Assembly: GCF_006345805.1 (NCBI RefSeq)
Contig: NC_042998.1
Location: 148,056,001-148,120,000 of the forward strand
DNA length: 64,000 bases
Source of the DNA: Octopus sinensis
Taxonomy: Eukaryota
Direction of reading: 5' to 3'
The notes below the pieces were generated by a model. It was given only the letters and a program-made list of their open reading frames with translations, did not search any database and had not been told where the DNA came from. The position numbers and the translations under genes were made by a program. Below are positions 13,707 through 26,930 of this stretch, one piece after another. How positions within the stretch are numbered: the stretch's first letter is position 1; every line of letters begins with the position of its first letter.

Positions 13707-16700
13707 TGCTTAAATTCATAGATCTTCATGATACTGTTTCATTATGTTAGACATTTTGATTGTCTTGTGATTTGAACAAATGCAGAATAATATAGACTCC
13801 CCCCCTCCACACTTGTCTTTCTATTCACTGATTCTGCTATTTTCATTTCTCTCTTTGTCTTCCCTTCTCTCTCTGTATATATCTTTTTCCATTCGGATTA
13901 TTACCTCCCTTGGTGTAACACGCGGCTAAAACAATCAAACCACAGGGACAAGCAAAATAATATTGTATTAATAATAATCCTTACTCAATGTCCAAAGGCA
14001 TTTTGTAAAGAGAAATCTGAACAGAACAGTTAACGATGGCCAACAACAGACAAGTGACGATGACAATAACGATAATATCAAATTTCTAATTTGAATTTTT
14101 TGATGTCAGTTAATTTTATATTTATTTCATTATTATTTTTTAATTGAAACCATCTCACCCCTGGTATTTCTATTTTATGTCATTATTCATTGCAAGTATA
14201 ACTAGTGCTAATGCACATAATGAGATATATCCCACTTTTCTTCCGTTTCACAATAGAAGTGAGGTTAATGTCAACAGCTCAGTTATAGTTTCAAAGTGTT
14301 GCTGACCCTATTTTTAAAACGTTTTCCTGTATCATCACTTTGAATAAATCAATTTCTACTTTGATTTACTAAAATGCCATATTGATTGCTTGTTTGGTTA
14401 ACATTTGCTTTTGTCTCACTAAGGAAGATTTATCTGTTATGCACTCTGTCATAAAATTAGCGATAAGCACAAGCTAGGTCTCAGGAGTCTCTTGAGGGAG
14501 AGAAATTGCACAGGACTTGAGAAATTTTTTATGAGTCCTCAGTTGCCAGCTAGTATACTACTATTTATGGGTGATAAATCAAAGATACTTGAGCAACTTG
14601 CATAAGGGTTTCCCAGTATAGTATAGTGATTAGGAAATGGAAGGATAATTGGAATCAAAGACTATGATCATTTAATAATTTTGTTGTAGTTACATAAGAA
14701 GTATGTGGTTTCTAGCTGAGAAGAAATGACTGATTTTGATATCTGTCATTTTACCAATAGTATTATTAATGTAATTCAGTTGAATTTTGAATGTTGAGAT
14801 ATTGGAAATAATTCAACACTGCCTGTATTATCTTGTTTTAAGATAGTAGTTAGAATTTTTTTTTTATGTATATGCTTTCAGTTATCTAGTCAGGTATTCT
14901 AAATATTCATATGCTAACTACTTGCCCTTTCACTCAGTATCTAATATTTGTACATATTTTATGGCTCATGACATACCTTGGCATTAATAAATCATGATTT
15001 GCTAAAAACCTCTGATAAGATTTGTAGATGCTTCAGATTTACTTTAATGACTAACATGATATTGCTACACTTATTAAGATAATGAAAGTGAGATTGTAAT
15101 TAGTAACCAGAAAGTAAGCGAGAATTAAACTTACATTTTTGGCATAACAAGAAAAAGAGGTGAAGTAGAGCAGTGATAAAAAATGAAAACTGAAAATGTG
15201 TAAATCTATGTGGATCTTTTAGTCTGATTGGTTGCCATAGAAAATTGTTCTTATGATAAAGCAGGATGTTTTTCTGAAGTAAGTTGATTGATGTCTGGTG
15301 GCATGTACTGACAAAATTTAGATATATGTTGGGCTGATCAGTTTACCAAATAGGTAGACGCCACTGAAGAAGAGAAAAAACAAACAAAAAACATTGCTAT
15401 GTGTGGTATAAAGTTAAAGAAGCTTCCTGTATAACTGTTGATAGATTTATTGTGGCTTACATAGTGAGCACATTCACAATGGCTATGTCCATGAAAGCTA
15501 GGTCCTTTTTGTTTTGAAGTTTAGGATGGGGCAGGGAATGATAATTAAACTAGCATGATGTACTGAAGGCATGTTGCCTGGGGTGTTGCATGCATGAATG
15601 TAACATTGTGGTTTTGATTTCCAGACTGTATGGTATGTTGTGTTCTTGAGCAAAACATTTCCATGTTGCTTCAGTGCACTCAGCCATAAATGAGTAAACT
15701 TGTGACAGACTGACACTCTATTCAGTGGGGAAATGTTGTCATCTCAGTCACTTGAGCCTTAGGAGTCTCCAAAGACTTGAGACAGTAATGTCAACAGTTG
15801 ATGATGATGATGATGATAATAATATAATGTAGATAGTACAGGGGATCTTGATTATATTATTTTATTTGCTACCTCACATTCATGAGTTCAAACCCCACAA
15901 GGTTTTTATATGAAATAAGTAGTAGTGGTAATATACTTTGTTGATTAAATCAGTAATAATTCTGTAAATAATCATCATTTAGCAATGGAAGGTGTGTTGT
16001 CCTTATGCAAACCCATTTTTACCTCTGAGAAGAGGTGGCCCATATAAGTCTAGCCTCTATCCTTGGACCTGTCCAGCATGGGAGGCCCTACCAGGAGATT
16101 GCACTCAGCTGGCATAGCTCTTAGTTATTGAGGCACACAAGCCACCTTACAACTAGGAGTGGACTGAATATATTGAGAGATTTTTTTCTATGGTTTGATA
16201 CTTTACCTGTCACCAATGGTCACCTGTTTCTCAGCAAAATCATATTTCTCCTTGGCCAACCATTTTTCATGGATTATTGGAATGGAACAACATCATTTCT
16301 CTGATGGTGATACTTTTCTACAGCCATAAAGTGATGTCAGGTCAAGAGTGTACTCAAACACAAGTGCTCATACATACATACATTTGTGTGTACATGTATG
16401 TGTGTGTGCACATATATTTATATGTGTGTGTGTGTGTGTGTAAACACACACATGATGGGCTTCCAAAAATATTTTTAGTAAAAAGGGTCATGTAATGTTT
16501 GGGTGACCCAAAATATGTATGATACCTGTATTAAAAATGAAGTTCTTTATAACAGGGAGATGATGAACATGTAAATTCAGTTAATACTATGAGTCCATAT
16601 GTAAAAGAACTTTAGTGTGACAGTTTTATTGTTAGAAACTTGAAGCATAAACAAATCTGAAAGGATTAATTAATTATTCTTGGGAGAATGGAACAAGTAC

Positions 16701-18479
16701 TAAAAAAAAAGTGGGATTAATTGTGTAGAAGTCAGTTTAAAATTCACTGTTTGTTAGTTTATTCTAGTATATAATATAGATCACCTTGTTTGGAAAGAAT
16801 GAAGAAACAAACACAAGTGTAGTCATTTCAATATTGTTTGCTAATTTATCGTTCAATATTTATATATTTTATTTGATTAATTAATAATTAATATAAATGT
16901 TGGTTGTTTGGTTGGTTTCGCCAGTCATGTTTTACATCAAAAAGACGGAGAGAGTAAACAAAAGTTACAGAGACAACATGAGAGGTGCAGGATAAATGCA
17001 CCTGCTAGTCTTGGTAGAAAGCAAGGAGTAAAAGAATGCAACACACACACAGAGTGAGAGAGAAAGAATCATAGAGACAGATGAGAAGGAAGTGGAATAA
17101 ATAACAGAGTAGCTATGGGAGAAGTTATACAAATGAGAAATTTGTTTCATTTAATATTTTAAACAAATATTTTTGTTCTGAAAATGAGTATTCATTTCAT
17201 CATTTTGTATAAATATCAAGAAATTTGATAAAAAGCTAACTTATAATTATGTCAATTTCCTGATATTTCCCATTGTAGCAAAAGTGTACTTCCAAAGTTG
17301 CCCATCATATGGTGACTAATACTCTGGTCTCTATAACTTTTATAAAAATTTGGGTGTTGGATTCATAACTTGAACATTAAAAATTTGCTCTTATTCCCAC
17401 ATATTAATTAATCTTGTAAATATTATGAATTCAGACCAGTTTCAGGTAATTTAACCTCATTATTCTTCCTGTAATATTCCTCGTAACTCAATTATCCAGT
17501 GAAAAAATATTTTTCTTAAACGTCAGTTTTTCCATGAATGAGGTTATATTGAAATATTTTTAATTCACATTGATTGTATAATATTGAGTTAGCTTAGTCC
17601 TTTCATTTGTTTTTTTGTAATCTTATACTTAATCTTGATGCCATCAGTTCTTTTTGATTCCCCTTCCCCAAAATAATTCTGTTAATGTTTGTAGAATAAT
17701 CAGTACAAATTGATGTTGCAGGAAAACAAAGAGGTGTTTATATGTAATATTGGTGACTTGATTTCAAATTTACATTCATAATTTTTCTATCACATTCAAG
17801 TTTTGTGAAATCTCATTCTTGTTACTTTGTGTCTGCATTAAGATCTGTACATAGTCTTGCTTTTTTATCCCCACTGACAAACTTAATTACCATGTGACAT
17901 AACTTAATTACCATTTAATATCTTGAATGGTGTCATCACATAACTTGTATAAATGCCCCAGGGATCTTCTGCTGTTTGTAGACAATATATACCAAAGGAA
18001 CATATGAACAATATCATGGATGAAAGCTGCCCTAGGTTGAAGAGTTATTGAGAGTTATGGAGGTACTATATATTGCTTGTGCACTGTACAGAATTAACAG
18101 CTGTGTTCAGTAGTAAATGAAAAGCTAATGTGATATGATGCCCTTCCTAACATAAAATGGTTGGCATTACGAAGGGCATCAAGCTGTAAAAACCCTGCCA
18201 AAGCTGCTATGTATGTTATAGCCCTTCAGCTTACTAGATTCTGTCAAACTGTCCAACACATACCAGCAGGATATCAAATTATGTTGATGATTTGGTATGG
18301 TGTGAACCTAAAATTCATTTTTGTAACTTAATTTTGTAATCCAAACGTATTGTTGGTTTCACATAGAAAAATAAAATCGAAGATCAATTGCCCAAACAGC
18401 CCAAACAGTCTTAAAATTAGTGCCAAATGATGTCACAAGCCTGCTGCCAGTTCTGCGAACAGATTCGATTAGTGATATG

Positions 18480-19520
18480 GAAACAAAAATAGATAGCCCC
18501 TATATTTCAAATGTTGGTAGTTCCTTAGTCGGGTTAGATGACTTGATGCAGGATTTGGAATTAACAAAAGTAAAAGCCAGAGCTGCTTGATTCCAGATTT
18601 CAACTGTGACAGTTTCTTCATCCAAACACCACCATTTCCTATTTTCACCACCCTCATTTCAAGTATTCTCTGTTTTACTTAAAATTCAAAGGCATTGCTT
18701 TTTGCAGGGATACCAATAATATCAGTGGTCTGATGCAAAAGATTAGCTGTAATTATTGATCCCAAAAGTAGAGACTTTTCTTTGCACTGAAAGACAGCTC
18801 TACGTGAAACTTGGAGCTGTCTTACTGCACAATGATTTGTAAGAAAAACTTACAATACCACTAGCTTATTCTACTGGCTTTAATGAAACAGTTAAAGTTA
18901 TGGAAGTATTGTTAAAGTTCATCAAATACAAGGAGCATACATAGAATATTTGTGGTACCTTAAAAGTTCTGGCATTGCTTCTTGGTTTACACAACTTGTC
19001 TATGGAATAGCAGAAATGATGATAAATCCTTATAAAAAAAACAACAAAAAAAACAGTTGGACATCTAGGAGTGAACAAGTTGTTGGTGGATATAATGTTT
19101 AACAACGCAGTATTGGTTAATTGTCTGAAAGTATATCTTTTTTTTTATTCCACATTAAACTTGCTTTTTTTGAAGAGTATGGATTGTCAAGGTAATAGTT
19201 TTCAATAGTTAAAAGACAAAGTTAAGAGCTGGAGTTTTTACTGGATTGTAGATCCATAGTGTCATTTATAACTCCTTGTTGTCAGATAGAACTAAATGCA
19301 TCTTAATTTCCTTTGGGAACCAGAGCTGAAAACTACTATCAGATGTTGCAATTTGTACATTCTCACCTTGACTTTTTCTGTACCACCCTGAGATTTGTAT
19401 GTAATTATGAGCATGGTGAACATTTCTACAAGCTGATCTTTGTTATAGAAAGGAGATATCAAAAGAAATTCCAATTGAAGTATGATTGATGATTATTGCT
19501 GGTTCCTTCAGAAAAAGAAT
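18480..19520 (+). mobile_element. Degenerate DDE DNA transposon, probably CMC/Chapaev-3-like
   Basis: Broken motifs GAVLLHND, KYKEHT*NICGTLKVLALLLGL and EHGEHF...RRYQ...DYCW resemble the KAVLLHNGN / ICGDLKV / GERFHQ / DYCW transposase family; superfamily assignment from memory. Ends approximate. Confidence 0.5.
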
Positions 19521-22446
19521 TCTTCATCCTGCAAAAGAATCTACAGCAAAGTTTCACTTCTAACAAGGATTTTCATTTTGATAATAAGTTAATGTGGACA
19601 TCAATGATTGGGTGCAGAGGCAGGTAACTCTGCCAGTGAAATACACCAGTCTGTCCCAAGTCAGAAGGAAGGTGGAATAATAAATCCCGTTAACATAATT
19701 TGAGTATGACTAACATGAAAAAAAACAAAACAAAAAAAACGACGTGGCACAGAAGTAATATTGTCTGTTTATATAGTAGGTACCAGTGATGTTATAAGAA
19801 TCATTGATTTAGTGGTAAATGGTACTTCCCATGTCTCCATAACAGACAAAAAGTTGAAGTTTGTTGCATAGTGTTATCTATTAAAGTTGTGTGAAAATGA
19901 TTGCTATTCATTGTAAATTTCTTGAAAATTCCATAGTAATCATCTTCTACATTTTGACTTATATTTGTTTGTGTGTGCACATGTATTGAGACTATATACA
20001 CCATTTGAATAGCTTCTGCTAGTGTTTAGTTATCTTTATTATTATTATAGTGAGGATTAGTATTATTATTAAGAGATTCTTTCCTCTTTAAAAGAATAAA
20101 TTTATGCAAGAATGATAATTGCGTTAGTATACAAGTCTGCAAATACATCACATCTCCAGTTGCTTTAATTTTGTCATCTGGAGTGATCTATCTTTCCTAG
20201 TTTTACTTTTTTATATGAGATCTTTTTCTGTCAGCACACTGCTCTTGTTCATTGGACAAATGTAGTTTTATGGTTATATCAATGCAATTATTTACTATGT
20301 AGCATCACAGACCTCTACATATTCACTTGACTTGCTAGAAATAACTATCAATTCCACCTTCAAACTATGCCACCCTACTGTCTTAGAATAGGACATATTC
20401 CAGTCTAGAATGCATTTTTTCCTGATCCTCAAAAAAGAAAGGATGTGATAGTCATAGCTGGAATACCTTTAATCATAGCCCTTTTTGATCATGTCTGACT
20501 TGGGGCTAAACAATGACAATATTTTTTGCATTTGTTTCCACATTATAGAGAAACCCTTTGCTATTGAGAGAGGGGTATCATTATTCAGAACTTCTTCCAT
20601 TCTTTTCTCTTTTACTGTAACTACTGCTATTCTTCCATTAGTATTACCACCAACACTCTTTTAAAACTTACTTTGATGTATAAAGACAAACATGCAGGTT
20701 GTATTAGAATGGGAACTCCAAAATATAGTTTGAAGCTATGTACATAAAATATGTATAGAAAATGAAATTATGTAATTGAAGTTCTTTAATGTTTAAAGTG
20801 ATGTTCCAGAATCTTATTTTGTGGAGTTTCTCTTTTTGGTGTGTGATGTTTTTCTGGGGTGGTGGAGACAAAACATTTGTACATTTACATGTCATTGGAG
20901 GTCATTCATGTTGTTTTGAATTGTAACTATCTTTGATATCTTTCTTTCTTTTTTGTTTTGTTTCTCTTTTTTTCACTGAGCCTTGTCTTATAGCATTATA
21001 ATTTTAACCTCTTTAGAAAAATTATATTGAAAATATTGATGTAGTTTCTATTCACTCAAAGGTGAGAAGCAGATGTTTTATCAGCAAATATATAGTCAGA
21101 TTCTTTAGCCTATCATTCTTATGTGAACTTTTGAGGTTAAAACAAATTCACAGTGCAAAAATATTTTGCAGGAAGTATTTTCTTTCAGAATGTGCTAAAA
21201 CTAATCTAGTTTGAGCTTTTCTGCAATATATAATAAGTTACTTAATCTTGTTTTTTATTGACCAGCAGGCTGATCATGTTTGTCTCTTAATTATACCAAT
21301 ATTCTTCTGTTATTGCTTGGAATTAGTCCTTTCAAGACATCACTTACAGCACTTTAAGCTCTGAAGCAGTATTCCTTCTTTGACCTCATCTATTACCTTT
21401 ATCTAGGCTGTAGATTTGCTCATTTTTTTTTTTTCAAGTAATGTTATTTGAAAAAAAAAAATTTAATCAAAAAAACAAAACCAATCTCTGATCATTTGTG
21501 GAATGTTTAGAGTTTCAGGAATATTATTAGTCATCTTAGTGTAGTTTTTCAGAACAGCTAATAATATTTTATTAGTAGGAAACCAAGGAACTATTTTTAA
21601 TGTGGTTTTCACTCCTCTCTAACAAAACGTAATCTTTAAAGGTATACCTAGAGTGTGAAAGAAAGGGAATTCATTTTTTTTTTAAACTCTTGTTCAATTT
21701 TATCCTTTGACTTCTCTAATTTGAAACCAAAAATTATAGCTATCATCCTTGTGATATTTTCATGTCTTGCTAGTTGTGTTATTTTATCATCATTGATTAA
21801 AATAATTATGTTTGTTTTAGTTATAATCACTTTCATATTACTATTTAAATGCAGTGGAACCTCGGTTTGCTACCACCCCTCTTCATGAACAAAATCAATT
21901 TACAAACAATTTTTTTAACATAAAATGTTTCAGGTAATGAATAGTCTCTTAAGTAATGAACACATAATCAACAACAGTTGGCAACAAGCTGCAGAGTATC
22001 AGTGGGAGAGTGTCAGCTGCTGTCTAACTTACACTGAGTGCACATCTCTGCTCCAATTTGCAATGCCTTTGCTTGAATTTCCGATGGGAAAAATAGTTTT
22101 GGTTTACAAGCATTTGGGGTGATGAATGGCCTTCAGGAACGAATTAAATTTGTAAACTGAGGTTCAACTGTATTGCCTTAATTCTAAAAAACAATTTATT
22201 TATATATAAAAGCATTTCTTAACTTGTATAATTTTTTTATTTTAAGTTGTTAGATAAACACATTTTTATAAATTTTGATTAAAGAACTAACTTCCTTTAA
22301 ACCTTTTTAAAAAGAGTTATTTCAAAAAGCAAGAGAACAAAATATATTGTTCAATCATTTAAACAATTGTTTTGCCAGACACCAAAACTGTATTTCGTTG
22401 TAATGTTGGTTAAATGGTTTTATTCTTGTTTTCTTTTTATTTGAAG

Positions 22447-22553
22447 GTGGTAAGTTCTACAAATGGGGAATTAGCCCCAGATGATCCCACTGCTTATTCT
22501 AACACACCAATTGCAGTACAGGCTGCGGATGTTGAAGTTGTTGATGAAACAAA
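22447..22553 (+). CDS. CSNK1G: Casein kinase 1 gamma, penultimate coding exon (phase 0-2)
   Basis: Acceptor ttttatttgaag and donor aaa|gtatgt; encodes VVSSTNGELAPDDPTAYSNTPIAVQAADVEVVDET(K), matching the CK1gamma tail (VVSSTNGEL..DDPT...SN.PI....VEV.DETK). Confidence 0.92.
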
Positions 22554-22717
22554 GTATGTTGATTTATCTGTTGAACTATTTTATTTATTTATTTATTCAA
22601 ATTTTATTTTAGGATATCTCAACTTTCTCTGAATCTAAACAAGAACTTTTGAAATCAAGCCCGAAACTTATCTAAGTCACAGGAGAATGAGGATGTAAAT
22701 TTTTATATTGTGTAGTT

Positions 22718-23001
22718 CAGTGGTTCCCAGAGTGGGTCATACTGCCCCCTTGAGGGCAGTGGAAAGCTCCAGGGGGACATTGAAGAAAAGTGAGGAGATT
22801 ATTGGATGGCTAAAAAGCGGAACATTGGATGTAAAAAAAACAAAATAAATTAATGGGTTAATTAGGTTAAGTTTTGTGAAATGCAGTTGTTTTGAATTTT
22901 CTGCAGAAAATCGTCTGTGTTTGGTGGTGAGTGGGGATGGGCACTAAAAATGTGGCCTGGGTGCCAAGGGGCAGCAGCCTGAAAATGTTTGGGAACCACT
23001 G
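22718..23001. mobile_element. hAT (Charlie-like) MITE in the last CK1gamma intron
   Basis: 11-bp perfect TIR CAGTGGTTCCC / GGGAACCACTG; 8-bp flanks gtgtagtt and gtctaatt match at 6 of 8 positions. Confidence 0.75.
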
Positions 23002-24097
23002 GTCTAATTCTTTCTGATAATAATGGATAGAGAAAATTTAAAGGGTTGCTTTTTTATAATGGTTGTCATATTTACAAAAAATGTAGGTTCAACTTTCATG
23101 GACACTTGCCACCCAGGAATTTTTTAACCTAATATTCTGTATGCTATTATTTATAGTTTTACCTACTTCAAATTCCATCATTAAATTTAAAATACACACA
23201 CACCCACACCTTTCTGAAAGGTAAGCTCAGTTTTGCAACAAATAACTGAAATTTTGTGATGAAAGTAAATGTCTTAACAACGTTGAGGTCAAGTTTCTAG
23301 TTGTAGTTTGCATAGCAATTATAATTTCTCATTTCCAAAATATTTTTAAATACTTTCCTAGGAGTTTTCTGCATGTCAGACTGTTTAACTTAAATTTATT
23401 ATATCATAAATGACTTCTGGGTTAGAAAAGAGATTGTAATTTAGTACTTTCTCTTATTTAACAAAACACAAACAATAGTGATATTGGATTTGTTTGATCT
23501 TATTTGGACTAGGCCTTCCTAAGGACCACACTATAGGTTCGTATGCTCAAGAAGCAGAGAAATTTTGCAAGGTGAAAAATGATTGCTGTCAGGCTCATCT
23601 CATGGAGGGGAGCCTTTTGAAATTCAAGGGGCCTACAAGGTGTTTTTAATGGACCATTCTTTGGCTCTATGAGCAGCCTAGGACCAATGCTCAAATAAAA
23701 GTCCCTGTTAATAAGTTTTCATTTAAAAGGTTTGACTCTAAACACCACAAAATTCTTTAATTTATTATTAACCTATTGAAATTTCATGTGTTCTGTGATG
23801 TTGACATTAACTGTTCTTAGTATACGTGACATATTAAGAATGAGGTGGGAAGCTCAGAGGGCAAAGACATTTTGGGACAATTCTCTGTGTAGTATTAAAA
23901 ATTGATGCTGCCATCCATTTTGATGATTGGGTGATTAAAAGTAGGAAGGCCTTAACTTGTTAAAACATGAGTTAATTATTAAAATTTTTGAAAGCCACCC
24001 TGTGCATTCTGTTACAAGAAAATGGTAATAAAAGCAATTTTATAAAATATTTAAAACACACCCCTAAATGCCTATTTATGCTATTTTGTTGTTACAG

Positions 24098-24146
24098 GTG
24101 CTGTTTCTTCCGACGACGTAAGAAAAAGAAGAACAGACAAAGCTAA
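24098..24146 (+). CDS. CSNK1G: Casein kinase 1 gamma, terminal coding exon with palmitoylation/polybasic motif
   Basis: Acceptor ttttgttgttacag; phase compatible with 22553; gives (K)CCFFRRRKKKKNRQS* with TAA at 24144-24146, the CK1gamma cysteine + basic membrane anchor. Confidence 0.92.
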
Positions 24147-25196
24147 GGCCAAGTGTGTAGTTATGTGTCTACAAATCCCTGTTAAAAATGTACAGTTCAT
24201 GAATGATCAGAGCAACCTTCGCATCTTTTCTCTACATCTTCCTCACTTATTATTTTTGGTATTGTAGCAATAGCAGACACTGGAATTTCTTCTGTTGGCC
24301 CTGAACATTGTGTATAGACATAATCTTTGGATTGGATCAGGGGCCTTATCTTTCTACTGACTTATTAACAGTGGACTAATTGCTCAGGCACCCATGCACT
24401 TAATTACACACATACACACACACTACAGTTGATTGCTGTGATGTGTTGTTATTCAACATATGCATTAGTTTTATAATTTTATCAACATAGAAATACTCTA
24501 ACTGGCTTCCATTTTTTTTTAACTTAAAGAAATGTTGTTATTATTATCATTATTATTATTATTCCTTCCCTCAAATGTTCATTGCTTTATATCAACTTGA
24601 AAACAAAAAGTTATTTGTTAGTTTATAAATCTATCGTAACTGATGCAGCAATAAACTTCAGTATTTGTATCATCTTTAAAGATATACATTCCTAGGGAGG
24701 GACGGTTTTCCTTGCACATATGTGTGTGTGCGTGTGTGTGCAAGTGTACATATGTATCTTGGCATGTGTGTGTGTGTGTATATGTGTATACGTACATATG
24801 TATATATTTACATGTGTGCGTGCATATATATATATATATATATACATACACTGCAGGCGTATATGTGTGTGTACATATGTATGCATTTTTTTATAAACTT
24901 ATTCCTGCAAATTCTTGATTGCTCTTCCTATTTTCATTCTCTCATCTCATTTATGGTAGTTAATCAATCCAACTCATTTGTGTATGTGACTTGTAATTAT
25001 GTTTCTTGAGGCTTACAGTAAATACTGATAAAGTCCTTAAACATGCTGAAGGTTTCTCTTAGCTGTCAAGGGTATTTTCATATTTTCTTACATTTGCTAA
25101 AACTTAGTCTACCTTTAGTATTGAATGGGTAAATGTCCTATATGCACACATGTTATGATTATCACTTGCATTGACAGACATTAAAATAATCATTCA

Positions 25197-25239
<43 letters not shown>

Positions 25240-26893
25240 TATATATATAAATATATATATACACATACATACATACATACATACACACACACATATACAG
25301 CACGTACATGTCTGCTAATGAGAAGTAGTGTGAAACCTTATCGTTACTTTCACAAGTTAATCCAGCATGTTAATAAGTGTTGGAGATGTGAGATCCATAG
25401 GGGACAGTGAAAAAATTGCTGAAATATTTTGGCAGATGGTAACTAGGTACCTTCTTATTATTATGTCCTTGTTGTTTTTAACAATTAACCTTTGTTGCTG
25501 CTGCTGTTGCTCTTCATTAGAGTGAGAAAGAACTCTTTAAGGAGAAAAGACATGCAAATGTTATCTGGCCTGTCCTCACCATGCTAGAAATTTGTCCCAT
25601 TGTATGGACTTATAATACTTGACAGCAGGTGGGATATACCATTCTATGCAACTAGTTGTGGACTGCAATTTTTACTCAGAAACGATTATGTGACAGTGGC
25701 TCATTGCACTGTGTGTGTGTGTGTATGTGTGTGTGAGGGAGAGATGGAGGTGAGAGAGAAGAAGAGATAAAAAGGAGAGAGAGAGAAACAAAGATTTTAT
25801 TGCAAGCGGTATACTTGATCAGGCCTGATTTTAATTTGCTTAGAGGTTTGTGGGATCTTTAGGGACCTCCACATTATTTTTATATTTAAAAGGCGAAAAA
25901 CAAAACATGAAATGGAAAACATGAAGACAACAAACTCTAAGAAAACATTTTAATTCTGTATCAGATGCCTATCATCATTACCTGATCCCATCCATGTCAT
26001 TTTCTTCTCTATATATGTATATGTGTATATTCTCTAAACACACACACACACACACACACTCTTTTGTCTATATTAGAGAGAATGAGTCTGAAAGGAAACT
26101 TGTCTAATAGTTGCTTCATATCTCTCCTGGTGTTGTTTTATTTACTTAATTGTTGTATTGGGAGGTGTAATGGGGGTGGGAGATAATCTATACCCAACTT
26201 TCTACTAATCTTTCTATAATTATTTCATCAGTTCATATCTCATAATATTGTCCTATATTACTTTTTTTGCTTCATACTTCTAATCTAAGTAGCAGAAAGA
26301 AGAAACTCCTTGCCACCATCATAATTTTTTTGTTCAAACTTATCTGGTCTATTTAACAATATCTATCTATCAGAATGATCTGCACTGAGCCACTTTTGTT
26401 TGCTTCTCTTCCAGAAAATAATGTCTTTCTTACATATTTTAGTTGACATTAACTAACTTTTATCTGTAACTTTATTTCAACTGCTTAGATCTGGCAGACT
26501 TTTCCTTTAGATAATGAAACCTAACATTCTACATTTTAGATGTGCCACTTTGCTCAATAAGTGTTGTTATATCTTTTAAAAAGACAGTTTTTCTCTACTA
26601 AATAGGTACATAGTTCCCTTTTTCCTTTTTGTATTTTTGAATAAGTAGTGAGTTTAGATGCTTTTCAATAAAGAAATATAGTTTTAGATTTTATCTGATA
26701 TTCAGTGCAATTTTATAACAAATTAGTAAGACATGAAATTTTCTTTTTTCTCACATGCATTCATTCACTCTTTCACATGATATATGCAAAATGTAAACTT
26801 TACAACAAATAAATGAAAATTTATATTGATTGCTTGAGTAAGTAGGATATTGTATTATTATCTCATCAATATTTCATTATTATTATTATTATA

Positions 26894-26930
<37 letters not shown>

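Noticed and set aside
16040-16150. RTE 5'-UTR-like fragment possibly containing an HDV-like ribozyme
   Set aside because: Too decayed; the nested double-pseudoknot could not be drawn from the sequence.
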